Assembly: GCA_965229645.1 (NCBI GenBank)
Contig: OZ245893.1
Span: 448,323-512,322, forward strand
Direction of reading: 5' to 3'
DNA from: Alphaproteobacteria bacterium
Lineage (GTDB): Bacteria > Pseudomonadota > Alphaproteobacteria > UBA7985
Length of the DNA: 64,000 nucleotides
Shown here: positions 10,195 through 20,544 of the stretch, piece after piece
Position numbering within the stretch: position 1 is the stretch's first letter
Layout of the letters: each line of letters opens with the position of its first letter
Notes under the pieces: generated by a model
Database searches by the model: none
Told to the model about the DNA's origin: nothing
What the model saw: the letters and a program-made list of their open reading frames with translations, nothing else
Made by a program: the position numbers and the translations under genes

Positions 10195-11388
10195 TTAAGA
10201 TCGTGAGCTCTTTGCCTGACCCATTAACTTGACGACGGCTGCGCTGACGTCACTTGGGCTCCCCGAGGCCACTTCAAAATCGCATTCTGCGTCAGATTCC
10301 AAATCGATACCAAAGGCATCTACACGACCATTTTCTTGAAAAATAAGTGAGAAATCCCACTTTTCATAGACAAACTCAAAGTGAATACCCCCTTCCGCTG
10401 TTGGTGCAACGACATGAAAGTTCGGCAGCGGCCTAGCCTTTGCCAGGTAATTGAGGACCTGTGCGATAAGGTGTTGCGAAATGGGCTGTCCGTGTCCTGC
10501 GTCCCAACCCGTCTTCAAGGTTGCGTAGCTTTTGATCGTGTCCGTGAACTCATGGGGCATGGGTTCTGGGGCTTTGCGCGCGCGATCTTTACCCAACCCA
10601 TGTAAAGGGTCTTGCTCCTGTGGGTAATCCATTCGATCAAATGCGTTGTTGAATGAGAGGACGGCAACATTAGGTTTTGAGTCATGCTCGTTGTGTGATC
10701 TTAAAACAGGGGGCGTCCTATCCCGGACAGCGGCAATAAATTCTGCGATTGCCCAATTTTTGGATCCTATTCGCACATCACTTAAAACAGAATCTCCATC
10801 CTCTGGTCTCTTGTACATTCGCGAGAATATTTCGTGCGACTGTCGCGACCATGTGGCGCATATGGGTTGTTCTTGATCAAGATGAGAGTTGAAGACCGAA
10901 AACTCGAGTGCTTCTTCGTTACTTAAGATTTGGGCAAATCTCTCCAAACCTTGCCTCACTGTCTTCTCGTTCCCAGCGTGTGCAAATTTGATGGGGGCTT
11001 CAAGATGAGTCATGATCTTAATGAGCAAGCGGCACCCATTTTCAACATAGTCCTGCGCAGAAACCTCAAGCCTTGCGGCCTGCGGCCTATTCTCCACCAT
11101 GTTGCATTCCAGCAAGGCCGCGGCTTTTTCCCCTCCATCCGAAGTCCAAGAAAAGTGGAATTCAGGCAGAGCGTTTCTCGCAATTCGAGACCGATTGGGG
11201 CGTTCGGCAAGCCAAGCCTCTTTCGCCAGCGCCAAGACCATATCGCGCAGACGCTTAAGGTTATTGCTAACTTGTATGGGACGATGCCCACCGTTGACGG
11301 GATGCCCATGGTTTGCAGTGGTTATGGTAAGGGTCACAGTCATCGCAGCAACTACTCTCCATTGTATCATCCCAGGACGCACTTTCAA
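10195..11388 (-). CDS. Hypothetical protein (low-GC islet)
   Basis: A 397-aa ORF in a roughly 50% GC segment (9840-11640), wedged between high-GC housekeeping genes. No recognisable motifs. Confidence 0.45.
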   Translation of the reverse strand: MKVRPGMIQWRVVAAMTVTLTITTANHGHPVNGGHRPIQVSNNLKRLRDMVLALAKEAWLAERPNRSRIARNALPEFHFSWTSDGGEKAAALLECNMVENRPQAARLEVSAQDYVENGCRLLIKIMTHLEAPIKFAHAGNEKTVRQGLERFAQILSNEEALEFSVFNSHLDQEQPICATWSRQSHEIFSRMYKRPEDGDSVLSDVRIGSKNWAIAEFIAAVRDRTPPVLRSHNEHDSKPNVAVLSFNNAFDRMDYPQEQDPLHGLGKDRARKAPEPMPHEFTDTIKSYATLKTGWDAGHGQPISQHLIAQVLNYLAKARPLPNFHVVAPTAEGGIHFEFVYEKWDFSLIFQENGRVDAFGIDLESDAECDFEVASGSPSDVSAAVVKLMGQAKSSRS

Positions 11389-11647
11389 GGGCGGTCAGCT
11401 TAAACACATTGGTCGAACCCAACCTGAAGAGGGCGGCAAAGTATCTGCGACTCTTGGACAAGGTCTCGCATGTGGCAGAACCCACGTCGGACCGATTTGA
11501 GGAACATCGGCACCAACCAAAGCCATGCAATCGATTCCACACGGGCACGAATAGCGCGTCGAGCACGCCCACAAGACCGAATCGCCCTTGCGTCCTGGGG
11601 GGAAACAGGGTTTAGGCCCTGTTCATATCTGAACATAAGGAAGTTTC

Positions 11648-13018
11648 ATGACAGACATGTCTTGGTCACCGCAGAGTTGGCGGCAGCGGCCTATTGTGCA
11701 AGTGCCTGCCTACGACGATGCGGCGGGCCTGGCGGCGGCGGAGGCGGAGCTGAAGCGCTTACCGCCGCTGGTGTTTGCGGGCGAGGTGCGCAAGCTCAAA
11801 GCGGCCCTGGCCAAGGCAGCTCAGGGCGAGGCCTTTTTGCTGCAGGGCGGCGACTGCGCCGAGGCCTTTTCAGAGTTCCATGCCGACCATATTCGCGACA
11901 CCTTCAAATCGCTGTTGCAAATGTCCGTGGCGCTGACCTTCGGTGCCCATAAGCCAATTATTAAGGTCGGGCGTATGGCGGGCCAGTTTGCCAAGCCGCG
12001 CTCGGCCCCGACCGAAGTGATCGATGGGGTTGAATACCCGTCCTATCGCGGCGACATCATCAACGATATCAGCGCGACGCAGGCGGCGCGGCGCCCCGAC
12101 CCCCAGCGCATGGTCGCCGCCTATCACCAGGCGACGGCCACCTTGAACTTGTTGCGGGCCTTCGCCCAGGGGGGCTTTGCGGACTTGCGCAAAATTCACC
12201 GCTGGACCCTTGATTCCATGGCGGGCAGCCCCGCGACCGCGCGCTACCGTGACATGGCCGAGCGCATCGAGGAAGCCCTTGAGTTTATGCGCGCCTGCGG
12301 TGTCGATTCCGCCAAGACCGCGGCCTTGCGCGAGACGTCCTTCTACACCTCGCACGAGGCCTTGCTGCTCTGGTACGAGGAGGCCCTGACCCGCACCGAC
12401 TCCCTGACGAACAAGGTTTACGATCTATCGGCCCATATGCTCTGGATCGGCGACCGCACCCGTCAACCCGACCATGCCCATGTCGAGTTTTTGTCGGGGG
12501 TTGAAAACCCCATCGGTGTCAAAATCGGCCCCACGACCGATCCTAAGGACCTGGTTGGCCTGTTGACCAGGCTGAACCCTGAAAATGAACCAGGGCGGAT
12601 CACCTTGATCGTCCGCATGGGCCACGACCACGTTCTGGATCGCATGCCCCCGCTGGTGCAAGGTGTGAAAGACAGCGGGCAAGTCGTCGTCTGGTCGTGC
12701 GATCCCATGCACGGCAATACCCATAAGGCCTCGACGGGGTACAAGACCCGCGCCTTCGACCGCATTTTGACCGAAGTCGAGGGTTTTTTCGCGGTTCATC
12801 GTGATCTGGGCACGGTCCCAGGCGGCATTCATATCGAAATGACGGGCAAGGACGTGACCGAGTGCATCGGCGGCGCCCTAAATGTCACCGATGAGGATTT
12901 ATCGAGCCGCTACCATACGCACTGCGACCCGCGGCTGAACGCCAATCAATCGCTGGAGTTAGCGTTTTTGGTCGCCGAACTCCTGGAAAAAGACCGCAAA
13001 GAAAACGCGCGCAACTAG
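11648..13018 (+). CDS. 3-deoxy-7-phosphoheptulonate (DAHP) synthase, class II
   Basis: 456 aa, with a typical class II AroA(II) N-terminus and length, and an LLQGGDCAE motif. Confidence 0.9.
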   Translation: MTDMSWSPQSWRQRPIVQVPAYDDAAGLAAAEAELKRLPPLVFAGEVRKLKAALAKAAQGEAFLLQGGDCAEAFSEFHADHIRDTFKSLLQMSVALTFGAHKPIIKVGRMAGQFAKPRSAPTEVIDGVEYPSYRGDIINDISATQAARRPDPQRMVAAYHQATATLNLLRAFAQGGFADLRKIHRWTLDSMAGSPATARYRDMAERIEEALEFMRACGVDSAKTAALRETSFYTSHEALLLWYEEALTRTDSLTNKVYDLSAHMLWIGDRTRQPDHAHVEFLSGVENPIGVKIGPTTDPKDLVGLLTRLNPENEPGRITLIVRMGHDHVLDRMPPLVQGVKDSGQVVVWSCDPMHGNTHKASTGYKTRAFDRILTEVEGFFAVHRDLGTVPGGIHIEMTGKDVTECIGGALNVTDEDLSSRYHTHCDPRLNANQSLELAFLVAELLEKDRKENARN

Positions 13019-13029
13019 GGTAGACTCCC

Positions 13030-14361
13030 ATGGTCAAAGTTCGTTTTGCCCCTTCGCCGACGGGCAGCCTGCACTTGGGCAACGCCTATGTTGCCGCCCT
13101 CAACTGGTTGTTCGCGCGCGCGCAGGGTGGCGCCTTTCTGCTGCGCATGGACGACACGGATACGCAGCGGTCGCAGGCGGCCCTAGCCGAGCAGATCAAG
13201 GTCGATCTTCGTTGGTTGGGGCTGGATTGGGACGACTATGCCGTGCAGTCGGCGCGCTTGGATCGCTACGCGGCGGCGAAGGCGGCGCTGGCGGCGGCGG
13301 GGCGGCTCTACCCCTGCTACGAAACCCCTGAGGAGTTGGACCTAAAGCGCAAGGTGCAGCAAATGCAGGGCAAGCCCCCCGTCTACGACCGCGAGGCGCT
13401 GGCCCAGACCCCCGAACAGCGCACTGCTTTTGAGGCCGAGGGGCGCGTGCCCCATTGGCGGTTTCGGCTGGATCAGGATGCGGAAGTGACCTGGCAAGAT
13501 GCGGTGCGCGGGCCCCAAGCCATTCGCGCCGAAACCCAGTCAGACCCCGTGCTGATCCGCGCCGATGGCCGTGTCCTCTACACCTTATCCTCGTGCGTGG
13601 ACGACTTGGAGTTGGGGGTGACGCATATTTTACGCGGCGGCGACCATGTTTCTAATACGGTGGCGCAGATTCAGTTGTTCGATTGCCTCAAGGACTTGGG
13701 CTTTGGCGATCAGGTCCCGCAGTTCGGGCATTTGCCGCTGATCTACGATCAGGACGGCGGCAAGCTGTCCAAACGCTTGGATGCCCTGTCGCTGGCGGGC
13801 TTGCGCGACCAGGGGCGGATCGAACCTCAGGCCATCGTTGCCTATATGGCGGGCCTTGGCACCGCCGAAATGCGCGAACCCAGCGAGGACATCGGCGCCT
13901 TGGCGGCGGATTTTGACCTCGGCGCCTTCAATGCGGGCGCGCCGCGCATGGACGTGCGGGAAATCGAACTTTTGAGCGCCAAATTGGTGCGCAAACTGCC
14001 GTACAGCGCGGTTGCCGAGCGCGCGGGCGTGGCGGCCGATGTGTGGACCTTGGTCGCGCCCAATTTGTCCTCGGTCGCCGAGGCGCGCGCTTGGCTGCCG
14101 ATTTTGGACGGGCAGATCGACCCCGTGATTGAGGACCCGGCGTATGTGGCGACGGCGAAGGCGGCCTTTCCCGACGGCCCCGTCGATGCCGCGACGTGGG
14201 GCACCTGGACCGACACGCTGAAGCAGCAGACGGGTCGCAAGGGCAAAAACCTGTTCATGCCGCTGCGCCTCGCGCTGACGGGCCAGGCGCACGGCCCTGA
14301 TATGGCGGGCGTGCTGGCGCGCATGGGCCGCGCGCGCGCGCTTGAACGTTTGGCCAGCTAA
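13030..14361 (+). CDS. gltX: Glutamate--tRNA ligase
   Basis: HLGNAYVAALN HIGH-type motif and a KLSKR motif, 443 aa. Confidence 0.9.
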   Translation: MVKVRFAPSPTGSLHLGNAYVAALNWLFARAQGGAFLLRMDDTDTQRSQAALAEQIKVDLRWLGLDWDDYAVQSARLDRYAAAKAALAAAGRLYPCYETPEELDLKRKVQQMQGKPPVYDREALAQTPEQRTAFEAEGRVPHWRFRLDQDAEVTWQDAVRGPQAIRAETQSDPVLIRADGRVLYTLSSCVDDLELGVTHILRGGDHVSNTVAQIQLFDCLKDLGFGDQVPQFGHLPLIYDQDGGKLSKRLDALSLAGLRDQGRIEPQAIVAYMAGLGTAEMREPSEDIGALAADFDLGAFNAGAPRMDVREIELLSAKLVRKLPYSAVAERAGVAADVWTLVAPNLSSVAEARAWLPILDGQIDPVIEDPAYVATAKAAFPDGPVDAATWGTWTDTLKQQTGRKGKNLFMPLRLALTGQAHGPDMAGVLARMGRARALERLAS

Positions 14362-14372
14362 GGAGGGCGGAC

Positions 14373-15677
14373 GTGGGGTTGCGACTCTACAATAGCATGA
14401 GCCGCAGGCTGGAAGCGTTTCAGCCCATCGACGCCGATCATGTGCGAGTCTACGCCTGTGGCCCAACAGTCTATGACCGCGCCCATGTCGGCAACGCGCG
14501 CGCCAACGTGGTGTTCGATTTGATGCATCGGGTGTTGCGGCACCTCTACGGCGCTGATCACGTGACCTTCGTGCGCAATGTCACCGATGTCGATGACAAG
14601 ATCATCGAGCGCAGCCGCGACAGCGGCGAGACCATCGGCGAACTCACGGCACGGACCCTAGCGGCGTTCCATGAGGACATGGCGACAGTAGGCTGCTTGC
14701 CGCCGACTCTTGAGCCGCGCGCGACCGAGCACATGGCCCATATGATCGCCCTGATCCAGCGCCTCATGGACCAGGGGCAGGCCTACGCCGATGGGACGGG
14801 CAACGTCTTGTTTCGCACCGCGGCCATGCCAACCTACGGGGCCCTATCGCGCCTGTCGCAAGAGGACCTGATCGCGGGCGCGCGCGTCGAGGTCTCCAGT
14901 GCCAAGGAAGACCCGCGCGACTTCGTGCTGTGGAAACCCAAGAAAAACTGGGAACCTGACCATAGTGCCTTCGCTTCGCCCTGGGGCTTGGGGCGGCCTG
15001 GATGGCATATCGAATGCTCGGCCATGGCTTTGGAACACTTGGGCGCGACCTTTGACATCCATATGGGCGGGCTGGACCTGCGCTTTCCCCACCATGAGAA
15101 CGAAATTGCGCAGTCCTGCTGCGCCAATGGAACCGACCAGATGGCCCGTTACTGGGTTCACAATGGCTTTGTGACCGTGGCGGGGGACAAGATGTCTAAG
15201 TCCTTAGGCAATTTTTTCACCGTCCCCGACCTCTTGGCCAAGGGTTTCAAGGGCGAAGCGATCCGGCTTGCGCTCTTGGAAACCCACTACCGCGCGCCGC
15301 TGGATTTGACCGAGGCCAAGCTGCAAGCGGCGCAAAATCGTCTCGACGGCCTTTATCGCGATCGGGCCAAAGGCGTGACGTGGGGGGACCCAGACCTGAG
15401 CGGGCTGATGGAGGATTTGCAAACCTCGCAAGCGCTGACCAATCCAGCAAACTTTCCCGCCTTAGGGCTACTGCAGCAAGACCCCCATGCCTGGTTCCAG
15501 GGCGCGGACGCAGGCGACGCGGAACGGATCGAGCGCCTGATTGCGGAGCGCCGCGCCGCCAAGCAAGCCAAGGAGTTTGCCCGCGCCGATCAGATTCGCG
15601 ATCTCTTGGCTCGCGACGGGATCGTGCTGGAGGATGGTCCAGGGGGGACGACTTGGCGTCGGGCTCAAAGGTCCTGA
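14373..15677 (+). CDS. cysS: Cysteine--tRNA ligase
   Basis: VYACGPTVYDRAHVGNAR HIGH-type motif and a KMSKSLGN motif, 434 aa. Confidence 0.92.
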   Translation: MGLRLYNSMSRRLEAFQPIDADHVRVYACGPTVYDRAHVGNARANVVFDLMHRVLRHLYGADHVTFVRNVTDVDDKIIERSRDSGETIGELTARTLAAFHEDMATVGCLPPTLEPRATEHMAHMIALIQRLMDQGQAYADGTGNVLFRTAAMPTYGALSRLSQEDLIAGARVEVSSAKEDPRDFVLWKPKKNWEPDHSAFASPWGLGRPGWHIECSAMALEHLGATFDIHMGGLDLRFPHHENEIAQSCCANGTDQMARYWVHNGFVTVAGDKMSKSLGNFFTVPDLLAKGFKGEAIRLALLETHYRAPLDLTEAKLQAAQNRLDGLYRDRAKGVTWGDPDLSGLMEDLQTSQALTNPANFPALGLLQQDPHAWFQGADAGDAERIERLIAERRAAKQAKEFARADQIRDLLARDGIVLEDGPGGTTWRRAQRS

Positions 15678-15774
15678 TAAACTTGGTCGCGACAGAGCGC
15701 GCGCAATTCGGCGTTGCGCACTGGACCAGGGGCGCTTCATGCCCTAGTTTACCCTCCGTAAAACTTGGGAGGTT

Positions 15775-16974
15775 ATGAGAACCATGAGACATCTTATTCA
15801 ATCCGCTATGGCGGGCCTGTGCTTGGGCGCGGTCGCGTCGGCGCAGCAAGGCGTTACCGATACGCAAATTCTTCTCGGCTCGCATTCGGCCATGTCTGGG
15901 CCGCTCGCGCCCTGGGGTCAGGCGTCACTGGGCGCAGCGGAGGCGTATTTCGATGCCGTGAACGCCGCTGGCGGCGTCCATGGCCGCGACATAGAGTTGC
16001 AAATTGAGGATCATGCCTACGAGGTGGCAAAGGCCGCCGCAGCGGGCGAGAAACTGGTGATCGACGACGGAGTCTTCGCCATCTTCGCCGCACTCGGCAC
16101 GCCTATGAACAATGCCGTCTTGCCCTTGCAGGAAGAATTTGGCGTTCCCAACGTCTACCCCCTGTCCGCCGCGCGGTCTATGGAGGGCGAGTTGGCCTTC
16201 CAGGGTCTGTCGTCCTACTACGAGCAGATTCAAAAGGGCACGCAATACTTCATTGAGCAGATGGGCGTAACTGCCCCGTGCCTGATCTATTTGGAAACCG
16301 ACTTTGGGCGCGAATCGCTCGACGCCCTGAACGACATCACGGCATCGATGGGCTTGGAGGTGCGGGCGACGGCGGCGCACCAGCCCCGCGATACCGACTA
16401 TGTCGGCTCCTTACTGCGGCTGCAGCGCGAGGGATGCGACTTTATTGCCCTGGGCACCAATTTCCCCGAAGCCATCGCCGCCAAAGCAACGGCAACGCAG
16501 CTCGACTACCAAGTGCCCATGATGGGGTCGACGGCGGTGTTTGAAGACGCGGTCGTTCTGATCGCGCATCAGCAGGGCATTTTGCCCGCGCTTGAGGGCC
16601 TTTACGCGGCGGGTGCGTGGATTTCCGCAACCGATGCCGCGCGTCGATCCCCCGCCGCTGCGGCGTTCAAAAGTGCATGGGAAGAGCGCACGGGTGGCCC
16701 CGTTACGGGCGCAGCCATCATTGGCCGTCTCGGCGCCGAAGTCATGGTCGCAGCCTTGGAAGCCGCAGGGCCTGACCTGACCACCGAGAGCTTCGTGGCA
16801 GCGATGGAGACCATTTCGGTGGACAATATTTTCACCGGCGGCAAAGTCGAGTTCGGCGCAGGGGGGCGCAAAGGATCGTCGGACGTCTTCCTTTCCATGA
16901 TCACCGCCCTCCCGGAGGGCGCGCATCCTGTGTTCAGCCATGCTTGGTTGTTGGTGGAGGAGGAGTCGCTCTAG
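15775..16974 (+). CDS. ABC transporter substrate-binding protein (Leu/Ile/Val-binding LivK-like family)
   Basis: It has a signal peptide (LCLGAVASAQQ) and a periplasmic binding-protein fold typical of branched-chain amino-acid SBPs. Confidence 0.8.
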   Translation: MRTMRHLIQSAMAGLCLGAVASAQQGVTDTQILLGSHSAMSGPLAPWGQASLGAAEAYFDAVNAAGGVHGRDIELQIEDHAYEVAKAAAAGEKLVIDDGVFAIFAALGTPMNNAVLPLQEEFGVPNVYPLSAARSMEGELAFQGLSSYYEQIQKGTQYFIEQMGVTAPCLIYLETDFGRESLDALNDITASMGLEVRATAAHQPRDTDYVGSLLRLQREGCDFIALGTNFPEAIAAKATATQLDYQVPMMGSTAVFEDAVVLIAHQQGILPALEGLYAAGAWISATDAARRSPAAAAFKSAWEERTGGPVTGAAIIGRLGAEVMVAALEAAGPDLTTESFVAAMETISVDNIFTGGKVEFGAGGRKGSSDVFLSMITALPEGAHPVFSHAWLLVEEESL

Positions 16975-17276
16975 TCCCGTTCAGACTTGAAAAGTCTCGC
17001 ATTCAACCGCGTCCAATTCCCCTCCAAAGGAGGGGAATTGGAACATGCGGCCACGGAGTTTGCTGTTGAGATCGTGCGGCATTCGCCGCAACGAGGTGCC
17101 CATGACTCGTTCAGGGTATGGAGAAACCGCAAAAGTGTCATCACCTGCTGCGTCCATCCCTTGGCAGACATTGCGACGAAAGCCACTCGCACTTATCCTG
17201 AAGCGATGGAATGGGCGCCCCCTATAGGTACGAACGTTCAAAACGTTAGTTGGACTTAAAACCCACTGTAGAAAAC

Positions 17277-18530
17277 CTAGAGCTGAGGCGCTTGATGCCC
17301 ACCCTGCTTCTGTCGCTGCACGACGACGAAGAGGACCAGTATGAGGGCAGCGCATACCAGGAAGGGGGCACCGGGCAAGCGGAATGCTTCGGCGTCGGGC
17401 GGCGTCGCCCAGATGAAGGTTCCGACCATGATAAAGGGGGACAGGGTCGAGGCGATGGCGGCCAAGGAGGTGTTGATGCCTTGCAATTCGCCTTGAACGT
17501 CCTTGCCGACCGAATTGGACAGGAGCGACGTGATCATGGGGTTGACCATGACCGAAAGCGCAGAAAAAGGGACCGTCAGGTAGATATGGACGCCGTTTTG
17601 GGCAAAGCCCAACCCCAAAAAGCAGATCAATGCCGCTGCGAGGCCGAGCCTGAGGGTTCGCTCGGGGCCAAAGCGCGTCACCAGCGGCCCGAGCAGGACG
17701 GCCTGAACGAAGGCAAAGGCACCGCCGACCGCGGCCAAAGAGATGCCCACATCCTGTCGATCCCAGCCTGCAACGGCGCGGCCGTAGTAGGACCAGACCG
17801 CAGGATAGACCGTAAAGACCAGGCTGAACAGAAAGGCCGCGAGCAGCCAGCCCTGAATTTCTGGGCGGCGACGAATTTGCCCGAGCGCGCCGAGCGGATT
17901 GGCGCGCGACCACTCGAAGGGGCGACGGTCTTTTTGGTCGAGGGTTTCGGTGAAGAACAAGTAGCCGAAGGCGAAGTTTGCGAAGGCCAAGATGGCGGCG
18001 GCAAAGATGGGCGCGCGCGCATCCAGCCCCGCCAAAACCGCGCCGATGGCCGGGCCCAAAACGAAGCCGATGCCAAAGCCCGCGCCGACGAAACCAAAGT
18101 TGCGCGCCTTACTGGCCGCTGTCGAGATGTCGGCGACGGCCGCGTAGGCGGTGCCGTATGTCGCGCCCGCGATGCCCGCCAAGAGACGCCCGACAAATAG
18201 GACCCATACAGCGCCCGCAAAGCCCAGGATCAAGTAGTCGATGCCAAGGGCGAACAGGGACACCAGCAAGACCCGTCGCCGCCCAAACCGATCGGATAAG
18301 TTGCCGACCGTCGGCCCGAACAGGAACTGCATGCCCATATAGACCGCCATGAGCCACATGCCGACGCCCGCAATCTCGCCAATCGGGTTCGCCTCTTGCG
18401 TTTCTTGCAAGACCTGAGGGTCAAGGCCCCGCAACTCGGCCAGGATATCGGGCAAAACGGGCATGAGCAGGCCGATGCCCATGGCATCGACAATAACGAC
18501 CCCGACGGCGAAGAAGAGTGTTCGGTTCAT
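17277..18530 (-). CDS. MFS transporter (DHA1/Tet-like)
   Basis: 417 aa, with 12 predicted TM helices and a GRRRVLLVSL-type MFS motif. Confidence 0.8.
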   Translation of the reverse strand: MNRTLFFAVGVVIVDAMGIGLLMPVLPDILAELRGLDPQVLQETQEANPIGEIAGVGMWLMAVYMGMQFLFGPTVGNLSDRFGRRRVLLVSLFALGIDYLILGFAGAVWVLFVGRLLAGIAGATYGTAYAAVADISTAASKARNFGFVGAGFGIGFVLGPAIGAVLAGLDARAPIFAAAILAFANFAFGYLFFTETLDQKDRRPFEWSRANPLGALGQIRRRPEIQGWLLAAFLFSLVFTVYPAVWSYYGRAVAGWDRQDVGISLAAVGGAFAFVQAVLLGPLVTRFGPERTLRLGLAAALICFLGLGFAQNGVHIYLTVPFSALSVMVNPMITSLLSNSVGKDVQGELQGINTSLAAIASTLSPFIMVGTFIWATPPDAEAFRLPGAPFLVCAALILVLFVVVQRQKQGGHQAPQL

Positions 18531-18826
18531 AGGGCCCGCGCCTTAAAGCTGTTCGCGCGCTCCATAGAAGCCCGTAGGGTTCTAGGCAATGCGGAACCCA
18601 TACCAAAGGCGTGGCTCACTGAGCCTTTTTCGACGCAAGGTCGACCGCACGGTCCGCCCCTGAAAACATAGGCGCAGTTGAGTGAGAAAAGTCCTTGTTC
18701 GGCTTGTGGCGGTTATGCCATTTGCCTTTGTAAGGGCGCTCGACAGGAGGTTGCTTGCCTTTGGATGGAATACTGCGCCGCAGATTAAGGCGCGCGCTCA
18801 TGCGCAGCGCTGGCTTTTTGGCCCTA

Positions 18827-19201
18827 TCAGGTGGCGGTCGTATTATTCCGCAACCAGGTTACAAGATGGTCGTGCTGAAACGTGCCCTCTTGAAGATGTT
18901 TGATGATAAAATCATAGACGGTGTTCGCGTCGGCGGTCATGTCAAATCCATTGATCATCAGGAACGTGAACGTCACCGCCACGGCCACACGCTTGTTGCC
19001 ATCGACAAAGGGGTGGTTCATCGCCAGGCTTTCCCAAAGCGCTGCGGCCTCTTCGATTAGATCGCCGTAGTGGCCCGTTTGTGGCCGGAATAGGGCGGCG
19101 TCAAGCAAGCCTGCGTCCCGCACACCATCGGCGCCGCCATATCGTTCGATCTGGTCGGCATGAATGGCCAAAACTTCAATGACGGTAAGATAATCCGTCA
19201 C
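18827..19201 (-). CDS. doc: Fic/Doc family toxin (death-on-curing)
   Basis: HPFVDGNKR Fic motif, 124 aa, with a 4-bp overlap to the upstream small gene. Confidence 0.85.
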   Translation of the reverse strand: MTDYLTVIEVLAIHADQIERYGGADGVRDAGLLDAALFRPQTGHYGDLIEEAAALWESLAMNHPFVDGNKRVAVAVTFTFLMINGFDMTADANTVYDFIIKHLQEGTFQHDHLVTWLRNNTTAT

Positions 19202-19428
19202 TTAGCAAGCTTCCTATAGAGGTCGGCGTATTTGTCATGGCTGGACCCATAGGCCGCCAAGACGTGCGCGCGCGGGCGCGCGCGCCGTCTCTTTTCGATC
19301 AAATCTGCAAGCGCCTCGTCAACTAGGGCTTGCAGTTGGCGTCCCTCTGATTTTGCAAGGGCGCGCAATGTCACCAGTGTCTTAGCATTCACCTGCGTTG
19401 CGAATTTTTCGCGTCTCATGTCGTTCAT
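19198..19428 (-). CDS. Antitoxin (Phd/RHH-like) partner of Doc
   Basis: 76 aa, basic and helical, translationally coupled to doc. Confidence 0.6.
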   Translation of the reverse strand: MNDMRREKFATQVNAKTLVTLRALAKSEGRQLQALVDEALADLIEKRRRARPRAHVLAAYGSSHDKYADLYRKLAK

Positions 19429-19508
19429 AGGTCATGCTCCTTTTAGTTCATCAATATCATGAAACGTCATGATAAATCAAGAAACGCCCTTTTCATTCCA
19501 CTGATACC

Positions 19509-19542
19509 AACGGCGAAAAAAGTTGACACTTTTTTCGCCGTT
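19509..19542. terminator. Near-perfect 13-14 bp stem hairpin, a bidirectional terminator-like structure
   Basis: AACGGCGAAAAAAG-ttgacac-(C)TTTTTTCGCCGTT followed by TTTGTG. The loop contains a TTGACA-like hexamer. Confidence 0.45.
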
Positions 19543-19546
19543 TTGT

Positions 19547-19700
19547 GTCTAACGGCAGAAACGCTTCGCGTTTCGCCTCCGACGGGGCCTTCGCTTATAC
19601 CCCGAGGCGCTTTCTTAGCTCATCTCGGGGCCGCTACGGGGGCCGCAGTCGCGGCCCTTATACCAGCGATCTTTAGAGTCATTCTCATTCGCCGCTGGTA
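19547..19700 (-). repeat. Structured GC-rich interspersed element of about 150 bp, copy 2 (inverted relative to copy 1)
   Basis: The reverse complement aligns to 6461-6612 at about 88% identity, and the base changes preserve the hairpins. Confidence 0.6.
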
Positions 19701-19869
19701 TGACACATAAGACTGCCGACACCTGATAGGGGCTCGTCGTGCCGTTGGTGGACGCGGAAAATACTGAATTGAAAATTCAGTATTTTTGAAGGACTAGCGA
19801 CCAAGTGGGAGCGCAGCCTGCGTGGCGCAGACACGCAACTTCAAGGGTCGTTGCAAACGACCCTTGGTA

Positions 19870-20535
19870 TTAGAGGCCGAAGGCTGTTCGAATGCCGCTG
19901 ATCATAAACTGGACGCTGAGGGCCGCCAATATGACCCCCATGATGCGGGTTAGGACCAGATAGACCTGCCTGTTGACCCGATCCCCCAGGGCAATGGTGA
20001 TCATTAGTAAGGCCCCGAACAGTCCGATCACCAATACCAGCGCCAACAGGGCCATGGTGAAGGCGGGGGCGGTGAAACTGGCGCCAGCAGACACGACCAG
20101 CAGGCTGGTCATGGTACCCGCGCCTGCCAACAAGGGAATGGCCAAGGGGAAAATGGCAAGCGCCTGCCACGGCATAGGGTGCGCCTCTGTCGCGCCTTCC
20201 TCCGTCGCGCCCAAAGTCTGCGCAACCTCGTCCGCGCGTCGCTGGCGCTGGGCCGAACGACGCTCGAACACCATATCGATGGCGACGATCAGCAACAGCA
20301 GACCGCCTGTGATTTCTAGGGCCGCAAGAGAAATGCCCAAAAAACCGAGCAGGGAGTTACCAGCAAACGCGAAGGCCAGCAAAATGCCGAGAGCCATGAG
20401 GCAGGACCGCGCGGCGATGGCGCGCTGAACGCCGATGGGATAGGGAGCCATGAGCGCCATGAAGATCGGCACATTGCCGATGGGATCGAGGGTGACGAAC
20501 AGGGTCGCAAAGGCGGCGATGAAGGATTCGATCAT
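19870..20535 (-). CDS. MarC family (UPF0056) integral membrane protein
   Basis: The N-terminus MIESFIAAFATLFVTLDPIGNVPIFMAL is typical of MarC. Confidence 0.8.
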   Translation of the reverse strand: MIESFIAAFATLFVTLDPIGNVPIFMALMAPYPIGVQRAIAARSCLMALGILLAFAFAGNSLLGFLGISLAALEITGGLLLLIVAIDMVFERRSAQRQRRADEVAQTLGATEEGATEAHPMPWQALAIFPLAIPLLAGAGTMTSLLVVSAGASFTAPAFTMALLALVLVIGLFGALLMITIALGDRVNRQVYLVLTRIMGVILAALSVQFMISGIRTAFGL

Positions 20536-20544
20536 GGTCTTGGC

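Noticed and set aside
16981-18200. 310-aa minus ORF 16981..17913 and 316-aa plus ORF 17250..18200
   Set aside because: They overlap the well-supported MFS transporter gene (17277..18530, minus) in other frames. Their composition is Arg/Pro/Gly-rich, as expected for off-frame translation of high-GC DNA.
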